A stretch of 64,000 nt of DNA, taken from positions 1,101 to 65,100 of the forward strand of contig NZ_JBAMMI010000085.1 of assembly GCF_039793865.1 (NCBI RefSeq), given 5' to 3'. How positions within the stretch are numbered: position 1 is the stretch's first letter; each line of letters opens with the position of its first letter. The DNA comes from Thermus sp. GTDB taxonomy: Bacteria; Deinococcota; Deinococci; Deinococcales; Thermaceae. Position numbers and translations under genes: made by a program. This document shows positions 53,148-61,139 of the stretch, one piece after another. The notes beneath the pieces are model-generated. The model was given only the letters and a program-made list of their open reading frames with translations, ran no database searches and was not told the DNA's origin.

Positions 53148-53563
53148 CCCGCCACCTCCCAAAGCCTTTCCCTGGCCTTGGCCGTTTGCCACCGCGCCTG
53201 GCCGAGGTTGCCCTCGGCCTCTAGAAGAAGGAGGAGGAAGAGGTCCGAAGACCCTTGCCTAAAGGCCCAACCCTCCCGGGATGTGGAGCCAGCGCGCACC
53301 ATTCGGGCATAGCCTACCACGGGATGCCCCCCCACCAGAAGCTCCTCTACCCTGGGGGTGCCTAGGCTTCCCGCGTAGGCGGCCCGGGCCTGGCGCAGGA
53401 GGGCGGCGTGCTCGGCCACGGCTGCCTCCAGGTCCACCCGTCTCCGGCCGACCCCTTCCACCAAGAGGCCCTCCAGGGTGCCGATGGCGGCGGCGAAAGC
53501 CCCGTCCACCCGGTCCAGGAGGTCCTGCAAGAGGGTTTCGGTAGGGCTTTCGGGACGTCTCAT
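53135..53563 (-). CDS. Roadblock/LC7-like domain protein, paralog A (divergent, with an insertion)
   Basis: VDGAFAAAIGTLEGLLVEG ... AEHAALLRQARAAYAGSLG ... LFLLLLLEAEGNLGQARW keeps the Robl pattern, with about 20 extra residues before the last strand. Confidence 0.5.
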   Translation of the reverse strand: MRRPESPTETLLQDLLDRVDGAFAAAIGTLEGLLVEGVGRRRVDLEAAVAEHAALLRQARAAYAGSLGTPRVEELLVGGHPVVGYARMVRAGSTSREGWAFRQGSSDLFLLLLLEAEGNLGQARWQTAKARERLWEVAGWLT

Positions 53564-53600
53564 CTTCGCTGAAAGCGCGCCCTTCCCGGGCCGGATGGCT

Positions 53601-54185
53601 TCAGAGGGGCTTCCTCCCCTCCAGGGCCCGGCCCAGGGTCACCTCGTCGGCGTACTCCAGGCTCCCCCCCACGGGGAGGCCGTAGGCGGGCCGGGTCACC
53701 CGCACCCCCCGCTTCTTCAGCTCCTCGGCGAGGAAGAGGGCGGTGGCCTCCCCCTCCACGGTCATGGAGGTGGCGAGGACCACCTCCTCCACGCCTTTAA
53801 GCCGCCGGAAGAGGCCCTCCAGGTTGAGCTCCTTGGGGCCGATGCCCTCCAAGGGGTTCAGGGCCCCTCCCAGGACGTGGTAGAGGCCCCGGAACTCCCC
53901 GCTCCGCTCCAGGGCGTACAGGTCGGCCACGCTCTCCACCACGGCGAGGAGGGAGCGGTCCCGGTCCTCGTCCCGGCAGATGGGGCAGAGCTCCCCCTCG
54001 GCCAGGTTGCCGCACTCGCGGCAGACCCCCAGGCCCTCCAGGCCCGCCAAGGCCGCCCCCAGCTCCTCGGCCTCCTCCCGGTGGAAGGCCAGGAAGAGGG
54101 CCAGCTTCTGGGCGGTCTTGGGGCCGACGCCGGGCAGGCGGGAGAGGGCCCGGGTGAGCTTGAGGAGGCTTTCCGGGTAGCGCAT
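53601..54185 (-). CDS. recR: Recombination protein RecR
   Basis: HhH (LPGVGPKTAQKLA), the C4 zinc finger CRECGNLAEGELCPIC, and a Toprim domain. Confidence 0.95.
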   Translation of the reverse strand: MRYPESLLKLTRALSRLPGVGPKTAQKLALFLAFHREEAEELGAALAGLEGLGVCRECGNLAEGELCPICRDEDRDRSLLAVVESVADLYALERSGEFRGLYHVLGGALNPLEGIGPKELNLEGLFRRLKGVEEVVLATSMTVEGEATALFLAEELKKRGVRVTRPAYGLPVGGSLEYADEVTLGRALEGRKPL

Positions 54186-54503
54186 CTAAAGGAGCTTCCC
54201 CAGCATGTCCCCCACGCCCCCGAGCTCCCGGGCCATCTCCTTTTCCGAGAGCTCGTGGGCCTTCCTCTGGGCGTCCTGGATGGCCACCAAAAGGAGGTCC
54301 TCGAGGCCCTCGAGGTCTTCCTGGAAGGCCTTCAGGGCCTCGGGCTTAAGCCTCAGGGCGAGGATCTTGCCGTGGCCGTTCGCCTCCACCTCCACCAGGC
54401 CCTGGGCCGAGCCCACCACGGTCATTCGCTCCAGCCGCTCTTGGACCTCGGCGGCCTTCTTCTGGGCCTTCTGGGCTTCCTTCAAGAGCTTCTGCAGGTT
54501 CAT
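54186..54503 (-). CDS. ybaB: YbaB/EbfC family nucleoid-associated protein
   Basis: [25 protein letters not shown]-terminus from ATG 54503, with GGGAGGGAG Shine-Dalgarno. The conserved ybaB-recR order is present. The track ORF extension to 54764 is discounted. Confidence 0.9.
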   Translation of the reverse strand: MNLQKLLKEAQKAQKKAAEVQERLERMTVVGSAQGLVEVEANGHGKILALRLKPEALKAFQEDLEGLEDLLLVAIQDAQRKAHELSEKEMARELGGVGDMLGKLL

Positions 54504-54520
54504 GCTCCCTCCCCCATGAG

Positions 54521-54526
54521 TATAGT
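54521..54526 (+). promoter_or_regulatory. -10 box (TATAGT) 6 nt upstream of the hemB ATG; leaderless
   Basis: The plus strand reads GAGTATAGTGGAGGCATG. Confidence 0.45.
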
Positions 54527-54532
54527 GGAGGC

Positions 54533-55513
54533 ATGGAGCGCCCAAGAAGGCTTCGCTCGCCCCTTCTCCGCCCCCTGGTGGCCGAGGTGGAGCTCTCCCC
54601 CAGGCACCTCGTTCTCCCCCTCTTCGTGAAGGAGGGCGGGGAGAAGGAGGAGGTTTCCTCCATGCCCGGGGTCTTCCGCTACCCCCTCGCCGAGCTTCCC
54701 CGAGCGGGGGAGGAGGCCCTGAGGGCGGGCCTTGGAGGCGTGATCCTCTTTGGCGTCCTGCCACAGGAGGCCAAGGACCCCCTGGGCCAGGGGGCCTACG
54801 CCGAGGACGGGGTGGTGCAGCGGGCCCTAAGGCTTCTAAAACAGGAGTTTCCCGAGCTTCTGGTCATGGCCGACACCTGCCTTTGCGAGTACACGGACCA
54901 CGGCCACTGCGGGGTGGTGAGGGAAGGCCCTCTGGGCTTCTACGTGGACAACGACGCCACCCTGGACCTCCTCGCCAAGACCGCCCTCTCCCAGGCCCAG
55001 GCGGGGGCGGACGTGGTGGCCCCAAGCGCCATGATGGACGGGCAGGTCAAGGCCATCCGGGAGGCCTTGGACCGGGGAGGCTTCGCCCACGTGCCCATCC
55101 TCTCCTACGCCGTGAAGTACGCCTCCGCCTTCTATGGGCCCTTCCGGGAGGCGGCCCAGAGTGCCCCGGGCTTCGGCGACCGCTCCGGCTACCAGATGGA
55201 CCCCCGGGCGGGCCTGTGGGACGCCCTGAGGGAGGCGGCCTTGGACGACCTGGAGGGGGCGGACATGCTCATGGTGAAGCCCGCCCTCCCCTACCTGGAC
55301 GTGCTTTCCGCCCTGAAGGGGCGCTTCGCCAAGCCCCTCTTCGCCTACCAGGTCTCCGGGGAGTACGCCATGCTGAAGGCCGCGGCCCTGAAAGGCTGGC
55401 TGGACGAAAGGCGGGCCGTGCTGGAAAGCCTCTTTGCCCTCCGCCGCGCCGGGGCCCAGGGGATCCTCACCTACTACGCCCTCGAGGCCGCCCGCTGGCT
55501 GAAGGAGGCCTAA
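54533..55513 (+). CDS. hemB: Porphobilinogen synthase (delta-aminolevulinate dehydratase)
   Basis: LVLPLFV, the active-site Lys blocks ([10 protein letters not shown]; [15 protein letters not shown]), and a Cys-rich metal site [14 protein letters not shown]. Confidence 0.95.
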   Translation: MERPRRLRSPLLRPLVAEVELSPRHLVLPLFVKEGGEKEEVSSMPGVFRYPLAELPRAGEEALRAGLGGVILFGVLPQEAKDPLGQGAYAEDGVVQRALRLLKQEFPELLVMADTCLCEYTDHGHCGVVREGPLGFYVDNDATLDLLAKTALSQAQAGADVVAPSAMMDGQVKAIREALDRGGFAHVPILSYAVKYASAFYGPFREAAQSAPGFGDRSGYQMDPRAGLWDALREAALDDLEGADMLMVKPALPYLDVLSALKGRFAKPLFAYQVSGEYAMLKAAALKGWLDERRAVLESLFALRRAGAQGILTYYALEAARWLKEA

Positions 55514-55516
55514 GTA

Positions 55517-55544
55517 CCCCACCGCGGCAAAAGCCGCGGTGGGG
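55517..55544 (+). terminator. Rho-independent-type terminator hairpin after hemB
   Basis: CCCCACCGCGGC (55517-55528) pairs perfectly with GCCGCGGTGGGG (55533-55544) around an AAAA loop. It begins 4 nt after the stop codon. Confidence 0.8.
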
Positions 55545-56034
55545 GCCCCAAAAGCGTTTTCCCATAGCCTCAGCTCGGGTATCCCATGTTGCGAAGCCAA
55601 CGCGCGGGCACTTAGCTCGCCCCTGACCGGGGGTCGTACCCCTTTGGCGCGAATCCTCCGCCCCAAAGCCGGGTCGTACGGCTCTTTGGGAGCGTGGGGG
55701 GCTCAGGCCTGGGTGGTCCTGGGGGCTTGCCTAGGGGCGGGCACGCCTCCCCTTAAGAGGGTGTGGCCGGAGGCCAAGGCCACCCCGGCCCCGGCCAGGA
55801 CGAAGACCGCTGGGGCGCCGATCCGCCCCTCTGGGGCTCCGCCCAGCATGGTGCCGAGGAGCACGGCGGCGTTCATCACGGCGCTGATGGTCTCGAGGGC
55901 CATGGACGCCTCCACGAAGCCGAAGCCCGGCGAACCCACCCCCGGCCACCCGGTGGACCTTGCTCCCCGCCTGGGAGACCAGGTAGGAGAGGATGAGCCG
56001 GGCGAAGGCCTTGTGGCGTAAGGTGGGGATTGTA

Positions 56035-57756
56035 TCAAGATTCGGGGTGGAGGACCAGGTAGGCCACCCTGCGCCCCTCCCGGGCGAGCACCAGGGTTCC
56101 CTCGGGCAGGCGGTAGAGGAGGAGGTCCTTGAGCCGCTTTGGCACCTCCCCCGCCTGGCCCACGTAGGCCGTGTCCTCCCTGAGGCGGAGGGAGAGGACG
56201 CTACTCCCCACCTTGAGGGCCTGGGGCTCGGGGGAGAGGGAAAGGAGGTGGACCTCGCCCCCCAGGGTCTCCTGGGTGGGGGGACGGCGGCCCAGGTATT
56301 CCCGGAGGGCCTCGCCCAGGGTATGGGCCTCCCCCTCCAGGCCCAGGGCCCGGCCCACCTCCAGGAGAAAGGGAAGGGGGTCTTGGGGCCCCAGGCGCTT
56401 TAGGGTCAGCTCCAGGCCCTTGCGGGCGAAGTCCAGGAGAGCCTCTTCCGGGGCTTGGCGGTACTTTTCCGCCAGGCCGGGCCCGAAGGCCTCGGGCTGG
56501 AACTCCCCCTTGAGCCTGGCGGAGAGGGCCCGGAGGAGGCGGAGGTGGGCGTAGTCCCCCTTAGGGCTGAGGAGGAGGGCCACCACCCGCCCCTCGGAGA
56601 GCAGTTCGTAGAGGCGGAGACCGCTTCGGGCCTCCAGCCTGAGGTGGAGGAGGTCTTCCTCCCGCACCGCCCAGACCTCGAGGTCCTCCCAGGGGAGGAC
56701 CAAGGTCTCCTCCAGGGGGTGGTCCTCGCCCCCAAGGCCCAGGTGCCAGCGGCCCTCGGCCTGGCTCAGGGTGAGGGTGAGGGGGCCCAGGGGAACGCGG
56801 CCCGGCCGCAAGGGAAGGGTGGCCAGGTTCTCTCCCACCCGGCCAGGGGGGGGCACCTCGGGCCAGGGGGTTTCCCCTTGAGGGGTGGGGAGGAGGTTGA
56901 GGAGGGCGAGGACCTTCTCCAGGGCCACGCGGAACCGGCGCCTCTCCTCCTCCAGGAGGAGCTCCCTCCGCCGCTCTTCCAGGGCCTCCTGTTTGAGGCG
57001 TTCCTCCAGGCGGGCGATCTCCTTAGGCCCTGCCCCGAGCCTTCGCGCCTCCTCCAGGGCCCGCCTCAGGGCGGCGAGGTCCCGCCTGGGGGAGAGGCCG
57101 TAGGCCCCGTCCCAGTCCAGGAGGCGGTTGAGGAAGCGGCGCACGTAGGTGCGGGTTTCCTCGGGGGGCAGGGGGAGGTCCTGGGGCAGGCGCAGGGCGG
57201 TCTCCAGGTACTCCAGGAGGAGGGCCTCGGCCACCTTGGGGTCCTCGAGGTCCACCAGGGGGTCCGAGAGGGCGGGGATGGGGTGGGTGGGGACGAAGCG
57301 GGCCAGGTTGAAGTCCCGCCGGAAGCCCTCCTGCTCCCGGTAGGCCCCGTAGTTCTGCAGAAAGGCGTGGACGAGCCTCAGTTCCTCACGCCTGCCCGAG
57401 AGGAAGTCCTTGGCCCGGTTTTTCACCTCCCGCTCGGCGAGGAGGCGCCACACCTTCAGGGAGATCCTCTTGAGGCGCTCCTGGATCTCGTCCTCCTGGG
57501 GGGCTTCGGGCTCCTCGAGGAGGAGGGCGGGGAGGTCTGGGGGAGCCGGGGGGGCTTGGGGAGTCCCGCCCCGCAGGGCCCGGAGGCGGGCGTCGGCCTG
57601 GCGGAAACGCTTGGCGAGGGGCGGGGGGAGGCGGGAGTCCGCCAGGAGGGCCCTAAGCTCCAGGAGGGCCCGCTTCCCCCCTTTGGGGGTGCGGCCCTGG
57701 AGAAGGTCCTCCACCCGGTACTCGTAGAGGTCCACCAGGTCGGCCAGGCGCTCCAC
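56035..57756 (-). CDS. Hypothetical 573-aa protein, no family recognised
   Basis: Long ORF with normal Thermus codon bias and a balanced composition (Y, W, K, F present), unlike the Gly/Pro/Glu/His-rich antisense ORF 56455-57963. GTG start lies 8 nt after a TATAGG box. Confidence 0.7.
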   Translation of the reverse strand: MERLADLVDLYEYRVEDLLQGRTPKGGKRALLELRALLADSRLPPPLAKRFRQADARLRALRGGTPQAPPAPPDLPALLLEEPEAPQEDEIQERLKRISLKVWRLLAEREVKNRAKDFLSGRREELRLVHAFLQNYGAYREQEGFRRDFNLARFVPTHPIPALSDPLVDLEDPKVAEALLLEYLETALRLPQDLPLPPEETRTYVRRFLNRLLDWDGAYGLSPRRDLAALRRALEEARRLGAGPKEIARLEERLKQEALEERRRELLLEEERRRFRVALEKVLALLNLLPTPQGETPWPEVPPPGRVGENLATLPLRPGRVPLGPLTLTLSQAEGRWHLGLGGEDHPLEETLVLPWEDLEVWAVREEDLLHLRLEARSGLRLYELLSEGRVVALLLSPKGDYAHLRLLRALSARLKGEFQPEAFGPGLAEKYRQAPEEALLDFARKGLELTLKRLGPQDPLPFLLEVGRALGLEGEAHTLGEALREYLGRRPPTQETLGGEVHLLSLSPEPQALKVGSSVLSLRLREDTAYVGQAGEVPKRLKDLLLYRLPEGTLVLAREGRRVAYLVLHPES

Positions 57757-57772
57757 GCTCCCATCCTATACA

Positions 57773-58537
57773 ATGGACGGGATGCGCCTCGCCCCCCGGT
57801 TCCAGGTGGCCGCCGTTTCCCACGTGGGGCGCCGCCAGAACAACGAGGACTTCCACCGGGTGCTCCGCCTCGAGGTGCCCCCGGGCGACCTCCTCCTCCT
57901 GGCGGTGGCCGACGGCATGGGGGGCATGGAGGCGGGGGAGTGGGCGAGCAAGGTGGCCATTGAGGCCCTCTCCCAGGCGGCGCGGGCCTACGCCGAGCAC
58001 TTGAAGGGAGGCCGCTCCGCCGTGGGGCTCCCCAGGGTGATGGAGAAGGCCTTCACTCTGGCCCAAAGGAGGGTGGAGGGGGAGGCGGAAAGGCTCGGAA
58101 AGCGGGGGATGGGCACCACCCTCACCGCCCTCCTCTACGCCGACTGGCTGAAGGAGGGGGTGGTGGGCCACATCGGGGACTCCCGGGCCTACCGCTTCGG
58201 TCCCCAGGGGCTTTCCCGCCTCACGGAGGACCACTCCTGGGTGGCGGAGCGGGTGCGGGAAGGCGTTTTGACCCCCACCGAGGCGGAGCGCCACCCCTAC
58301 CGCCACGTCCTCACCCGGGCCCTGGGGCTTCCCGAGGCCCGCTTTGACCTCCTCCCGGTGCGCCTCCTCCCGGGGGAAGGGGTGCTCCTGGTGACCGACG
58401 GGCTTTACGGCCTCTTGCCTGAAGAGGAGTGGCTTCTCGGCAAGGACCTGCAGGGGAGCCTCGAGGCCCTGGTGGCCGAGGCGCTTAGGCGCGGCGGGGA
58501 CGACAACATCACCGCCGTGGCCCTCAGGGTGGAGTGA
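57773..58537 (+). CDS. PP2C-family Ser/Thr protein phosphatase
   Basis: GRRQNNEDF, AVADGMGG, GTTLTAL, GDSRAY, TDGL and DDNIT motifs are present. The start may instead be ATG 57782. Confidence 0.9.
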   Translation: MDGMRLAPRFQVAAVSHVGRRQNNEDFHRVLRLEVPPGDLLLLAVADGMGGMEAGEWASKVAIEALSQAARAYAEHLKGGRSAVGLPRVMEKAFTLAQRRVEGEAERLGKRGMGTTLTALLYADWLKEGVVGHIGDSRAYRFGPQGLSRLTEDHSWVAERVREGVLTPTEAERHPYRHVLTRALGLPEARFDLLPVRLLPGEGVLLVTDGLYGLLPEEEWLLGKDLQGSLEALVAEALRRGGDDNITAVALRVE

Positions 58538-60492
58538 TGCACCTGCTCCTTTCCCTCCTCCTCGTTCTCCTCACCGCGGCCTTGGCCGCGCGGCTTTCCC
58601 CTTGGCCCCTCTTCCTCCTCCTCGCCCTCCTTGCCGGGGCGGGGATGGCCCTCGGGGTGCGGCCGGAGGCGGCCCTCCCCTGGCTCCTCCTGGCCCTGGG
58701 GACCCTGGCGGCTCCCCGGGTGTACCTGGGTCCTAGGCGCAGGTCCCCCAGGCGGAGGCCCGCCCGGGAAAAGAACCCCACCCGCACCAAGACCACGGAG
58801 GAGGAAAAGGCCCTCTCCCAGCGCTACGAGGTCCTGGAGAAGGTGGGGGTGGGGGGGATGGCCACGGTCTACAAAGCCAAAGACAAGAAGACGGGCCGCC
58901 TGGTGGCCTTAAAGGTGCCCCAGGAGCGCTTCGTGGGCGACCCCCGCTTCGTCCGCCGCTTCCACCGGGAGGCGGAGGTGCTGGCCAAGCTGGACCACCC
59001 CAGCATCGTCAAGGTCTACGACCACGGCCAGGTGGACGGGGTCCACTTCATCGCCATGGAGTTTTTGGAGGGGGAGGGGTTGGACAAGCTCATTGAGGAG
59101 CGGCGCCTGAACCTCAGGCAGGCCGCCGCCATCCTCGCCCGGGTGGCGGACGCCCTCCGGCACATCCACGCCCAGGGCATCGTCCACCGGGACATCAAGC
59201 CGGGGAACATCATGGTCCTCAAGGGGGCCCTCCGGGAGGACGGGGTGGACCCGAGGGGGGTGCGCCTCATGGATTTCGGCATCGCCGCCGGGAAGGTCCT
59301 CACCCGCCTCACCATCACCGGGGTCCGGATCGGCACCCCGGTCTACATGAGCTCCGAGCAGGCCAAGGGGCAGAACCTGGACCACCGCTCGGACATCTAC
59401 TCCCTGGGCATCGTCCTCTACGAGGCCCTGACCGGACAGCCCCCCTTCACCGGGGGGTACGAGACGGTGATCCACCAGCAGATCTTCCAGATGCCCACGC
59501 CCCCCAAGCAGCTTAGGCCCGAGATCCCCCAGGCCCTCTCCGACCTGGTGCTCAAGATGCTGGAGAAGGACCCGGCCAAGCGGCCCGCCCTGGAAGAGGT
59601 CATCCGGGTCCTGGAGGGCCCCTGGGACGAGGAGCGGGGCCTTGCCCATCCCCACTACCTCCTCCTCGGGGTGGAGGCCAAGAAGGGCACGGTGCGCCTT
59701 CTGGACCTCGAGGGCACCCCGGCCCGCCTCCTCTCGGGCATCGGCTCGGCCCCCGGGCACTTCCCCGCCCCGCCCCTGGCGGTGGCCGCCGACCCCGAGG
59801 GGGGGGTCTGGGTTTCGGTCTTTGAGCACGGGGCCAAGATGCTCCACCGCTTCTCCCCCGAAGGGGAGCTCCTCCTCTCCGTGGGGCCCTACGGCATGAA
59901 GCCCGGGGAGTTCCTCTTTCCCCTGGGCCTGGCCGTGGCCGACGGCGCCCTTTTCGTCCTGGACGGGGAGACGGCCACCATCACCCGCCTGGACCTGAAG
60001 GGCCACTACCAGGCCCGCTTCGGGGGACACGGCCCGGGCCGGGGAAGCTTTCAAGACCCCAAGGCCCTGGTGGCCTCGGGGGAGTTCCTCTTCGTCCTGG
60101 ACTACGGCAACCGCCAGGTGCAGCGGCTTTCCTTGGACGGGCGCTACCTCTCCCGCTACGCCTTCCGGCGCTCCAAGGAGAGCGAGGACCTCAGGCTCCT
60201 GGGGGGCGTGGGGGCTTCGGGGGAGAGGCTTTACCTTTACGATGCCGAGGCGGGCAAGGTGCGGGAGCTGGACCTCTCCGGGGCCCTCCTTGGCTCCTAC
60301 GCCCTGCCCCTCCTGGAAGGGGAGGACCGCATGAGCCTGGTGGAGCTTCTTCCCTTTGGGGGCATCCTCTACGCCGCCCGGCGGGGGAGCACCCGCATCC
60401 ACCGCCTAGACCTCAGGACCGGCGAGCCCCTTCCCCCCCTGGAGGTCTACGCCCCGGTGCGGGCCCTTGCCCTTTGGCGGAATCCGGCATGA
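58534..60492 (+). CDS. Hanks-type Ser/Thr protein kinase with N-terminal triple TM anchor and C-terminal NHL-repeat beta-propeller
   Basis: Three hydrophobic helices, then a basic linker, then the kinase domain (GVGGMATVYKA, VALK, HRDIKPGNIM, DFG, SSEQ). NHL repeats follow (G.PGEFLFPLGLAVADGALFVLD, GRGSFQDPKALVASGEFLFVLDYGNRQVQRL ...). The start overlaps the PP2C stop. Confidence 0.9.
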   Translation: MMHLLLSLLLVLLTAALAARLSPWPLFLLLALLAGAGMALGVRPEAALPWLLLALGTLAAPRVYLGPRRRSPRRRPAREKNPTRTKTTEEEKALSQRYEVLEKVGVGGMATVYKAKDKKTGRLVALKVPQERFVGDPRFVRRFHREAEVLAKLDHPSIVKVYDHGQVDGVHFIAMEFLEGEGLDKLIEERRLNLRQAAAILARVADALRHIHAQGIVHRDIKPGNIMVLKGALREDGVDPRGVRLMDFGIAAGKVLTRLTITGVRIGTPVYMSSEQAKGQNLDHRSDIYSLGIVLYEALTGQPPFTGGYETVIHQQIFQMPTPPKQLRPEIPQALSDLVLKMLEKDPAKRPALEEVIRVLEGPWDEERGLAHPHYLLLGVEAKKGTVRLLDLEGTPARLLSGIGSAPGHFPAPPLAVAADPEGGVWVSVFEHGAKMLHRFSPEGELLLSVGPYGMKPGEFLFPLGLAVADGALFVLDGETATITRLDLKGHYQARFGGHGPGRGSFQDPKALVASGEFLFVLDYGNRQVQRLSLDGRYLSRYAFRRSKESEDLRLLGGVGASGERLYLYDAEAGKVRELDLSGALLGSYALPLLEGEDRMSLVELLPFGGILYAARRGSTRIHRLDLRTGEPLPPLEVYAPVRALALWRNPA

Positions 60493-61139
60493 GGGTTCTT
60501 CTGGTGGAGGACGACCCCGGGGTGCGGGAGGCCTTGGAGCTTGGCCTCTCCCTGGAGGGGTACCAAGTGCGGGCCGTGGACCGGCCCAAAGAGGCCTTAG
60601 GGCTCCTTCCCTGGGCCGAGGCGGTGGTCCTGGACATCCTCCTGCCCGAGGGGGACGGGTTTTCCCTCCTCAAGGAGATCCGCGCCCGCTCGGAGGTGCC
60701 GGTCCTCATCCTCACCGCCCTGGAGGAGGTGGAGTGGCGGGTAAAGGGGCTGAGGGAGGGGGCGGACGATTACCTGGTGAAGCCCTACAGCCTCCAGGAG
60801 CTCCTGGCCCGCCTCGAGGCCCTGGCCCGCCGGGCGAGGAGGCGGGAGGAGGTCCTCGCCTACAAGGACCTCCGCCTCTACCCTAGGCGCATGGAGGCCT
60901 TCCGCGGGGAAAGGCGCCTCGCCCTTTCCCCCAAAGCCTTCCTCCTCCTCAAGGTCTTCTTGGAACGCCCGGAGGAGGTGATTCCCAAGGAAGCCCTGAT
61001 GCTTAGGGTCTGGGGGGAGCCCGTGGAGCCTGCCACCCTCGAGGTCCACCTCTCCGCCCTCCGGAAGGCCCTGGGGGAGCCCAGCCCCCTCCAGACGGTG
61101 CGCGGGTATGGCTACCGCCTTTTCCTCCCTGAGGGCTAG
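60489..61139 (+). CDS. OmpR-family response regulator
   Basis: MRVLLVEDD, VLDILLP and LTAL receiver motifs followed by a winged helix (LSPKAFLLLKVF, VRGYGYRL). ATG 60489 overlaps the kinase stop as ATGA. Confidence 0.9.
   Translation: MRVLLVEDDPGVREALELGLSLEGYQVRAVDRPKEALGLLPWAEAVVLDILLPEGDGFSLLKEIRARSEVPVLILTALEEVEWRVKGLREGADDYLVKPYSLQELLARLEALARRARRREEVLAYKDLRLYPRRMEAFRGERRLALSPKAFLLLKVFLERPEEVIPKEALMLRVWGEPVEPATLEVHLSALRKALGEPSPLQTVRGYGYRLFLPEG

Noticed and set aside
56455-57963. 502-aa plus-strand ORF, which competes with the 573-aa minus-strand hypothetical gene and runs into the PP2C gene.
   Set aside because: Its composition is shadow-frame-like (GE/GL/PE repeats). It would overlap the well-supported PP2C gene out of frame. 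The minus-strand ORF has balanced composition and high GC3, so it is retained instead.
58909-60402. 497-aa minus-strand ORF.
   Set aside because: It is antisense to the Ser/Thr kinase gene, whose Hanks motifs and NHL repeats are clear.
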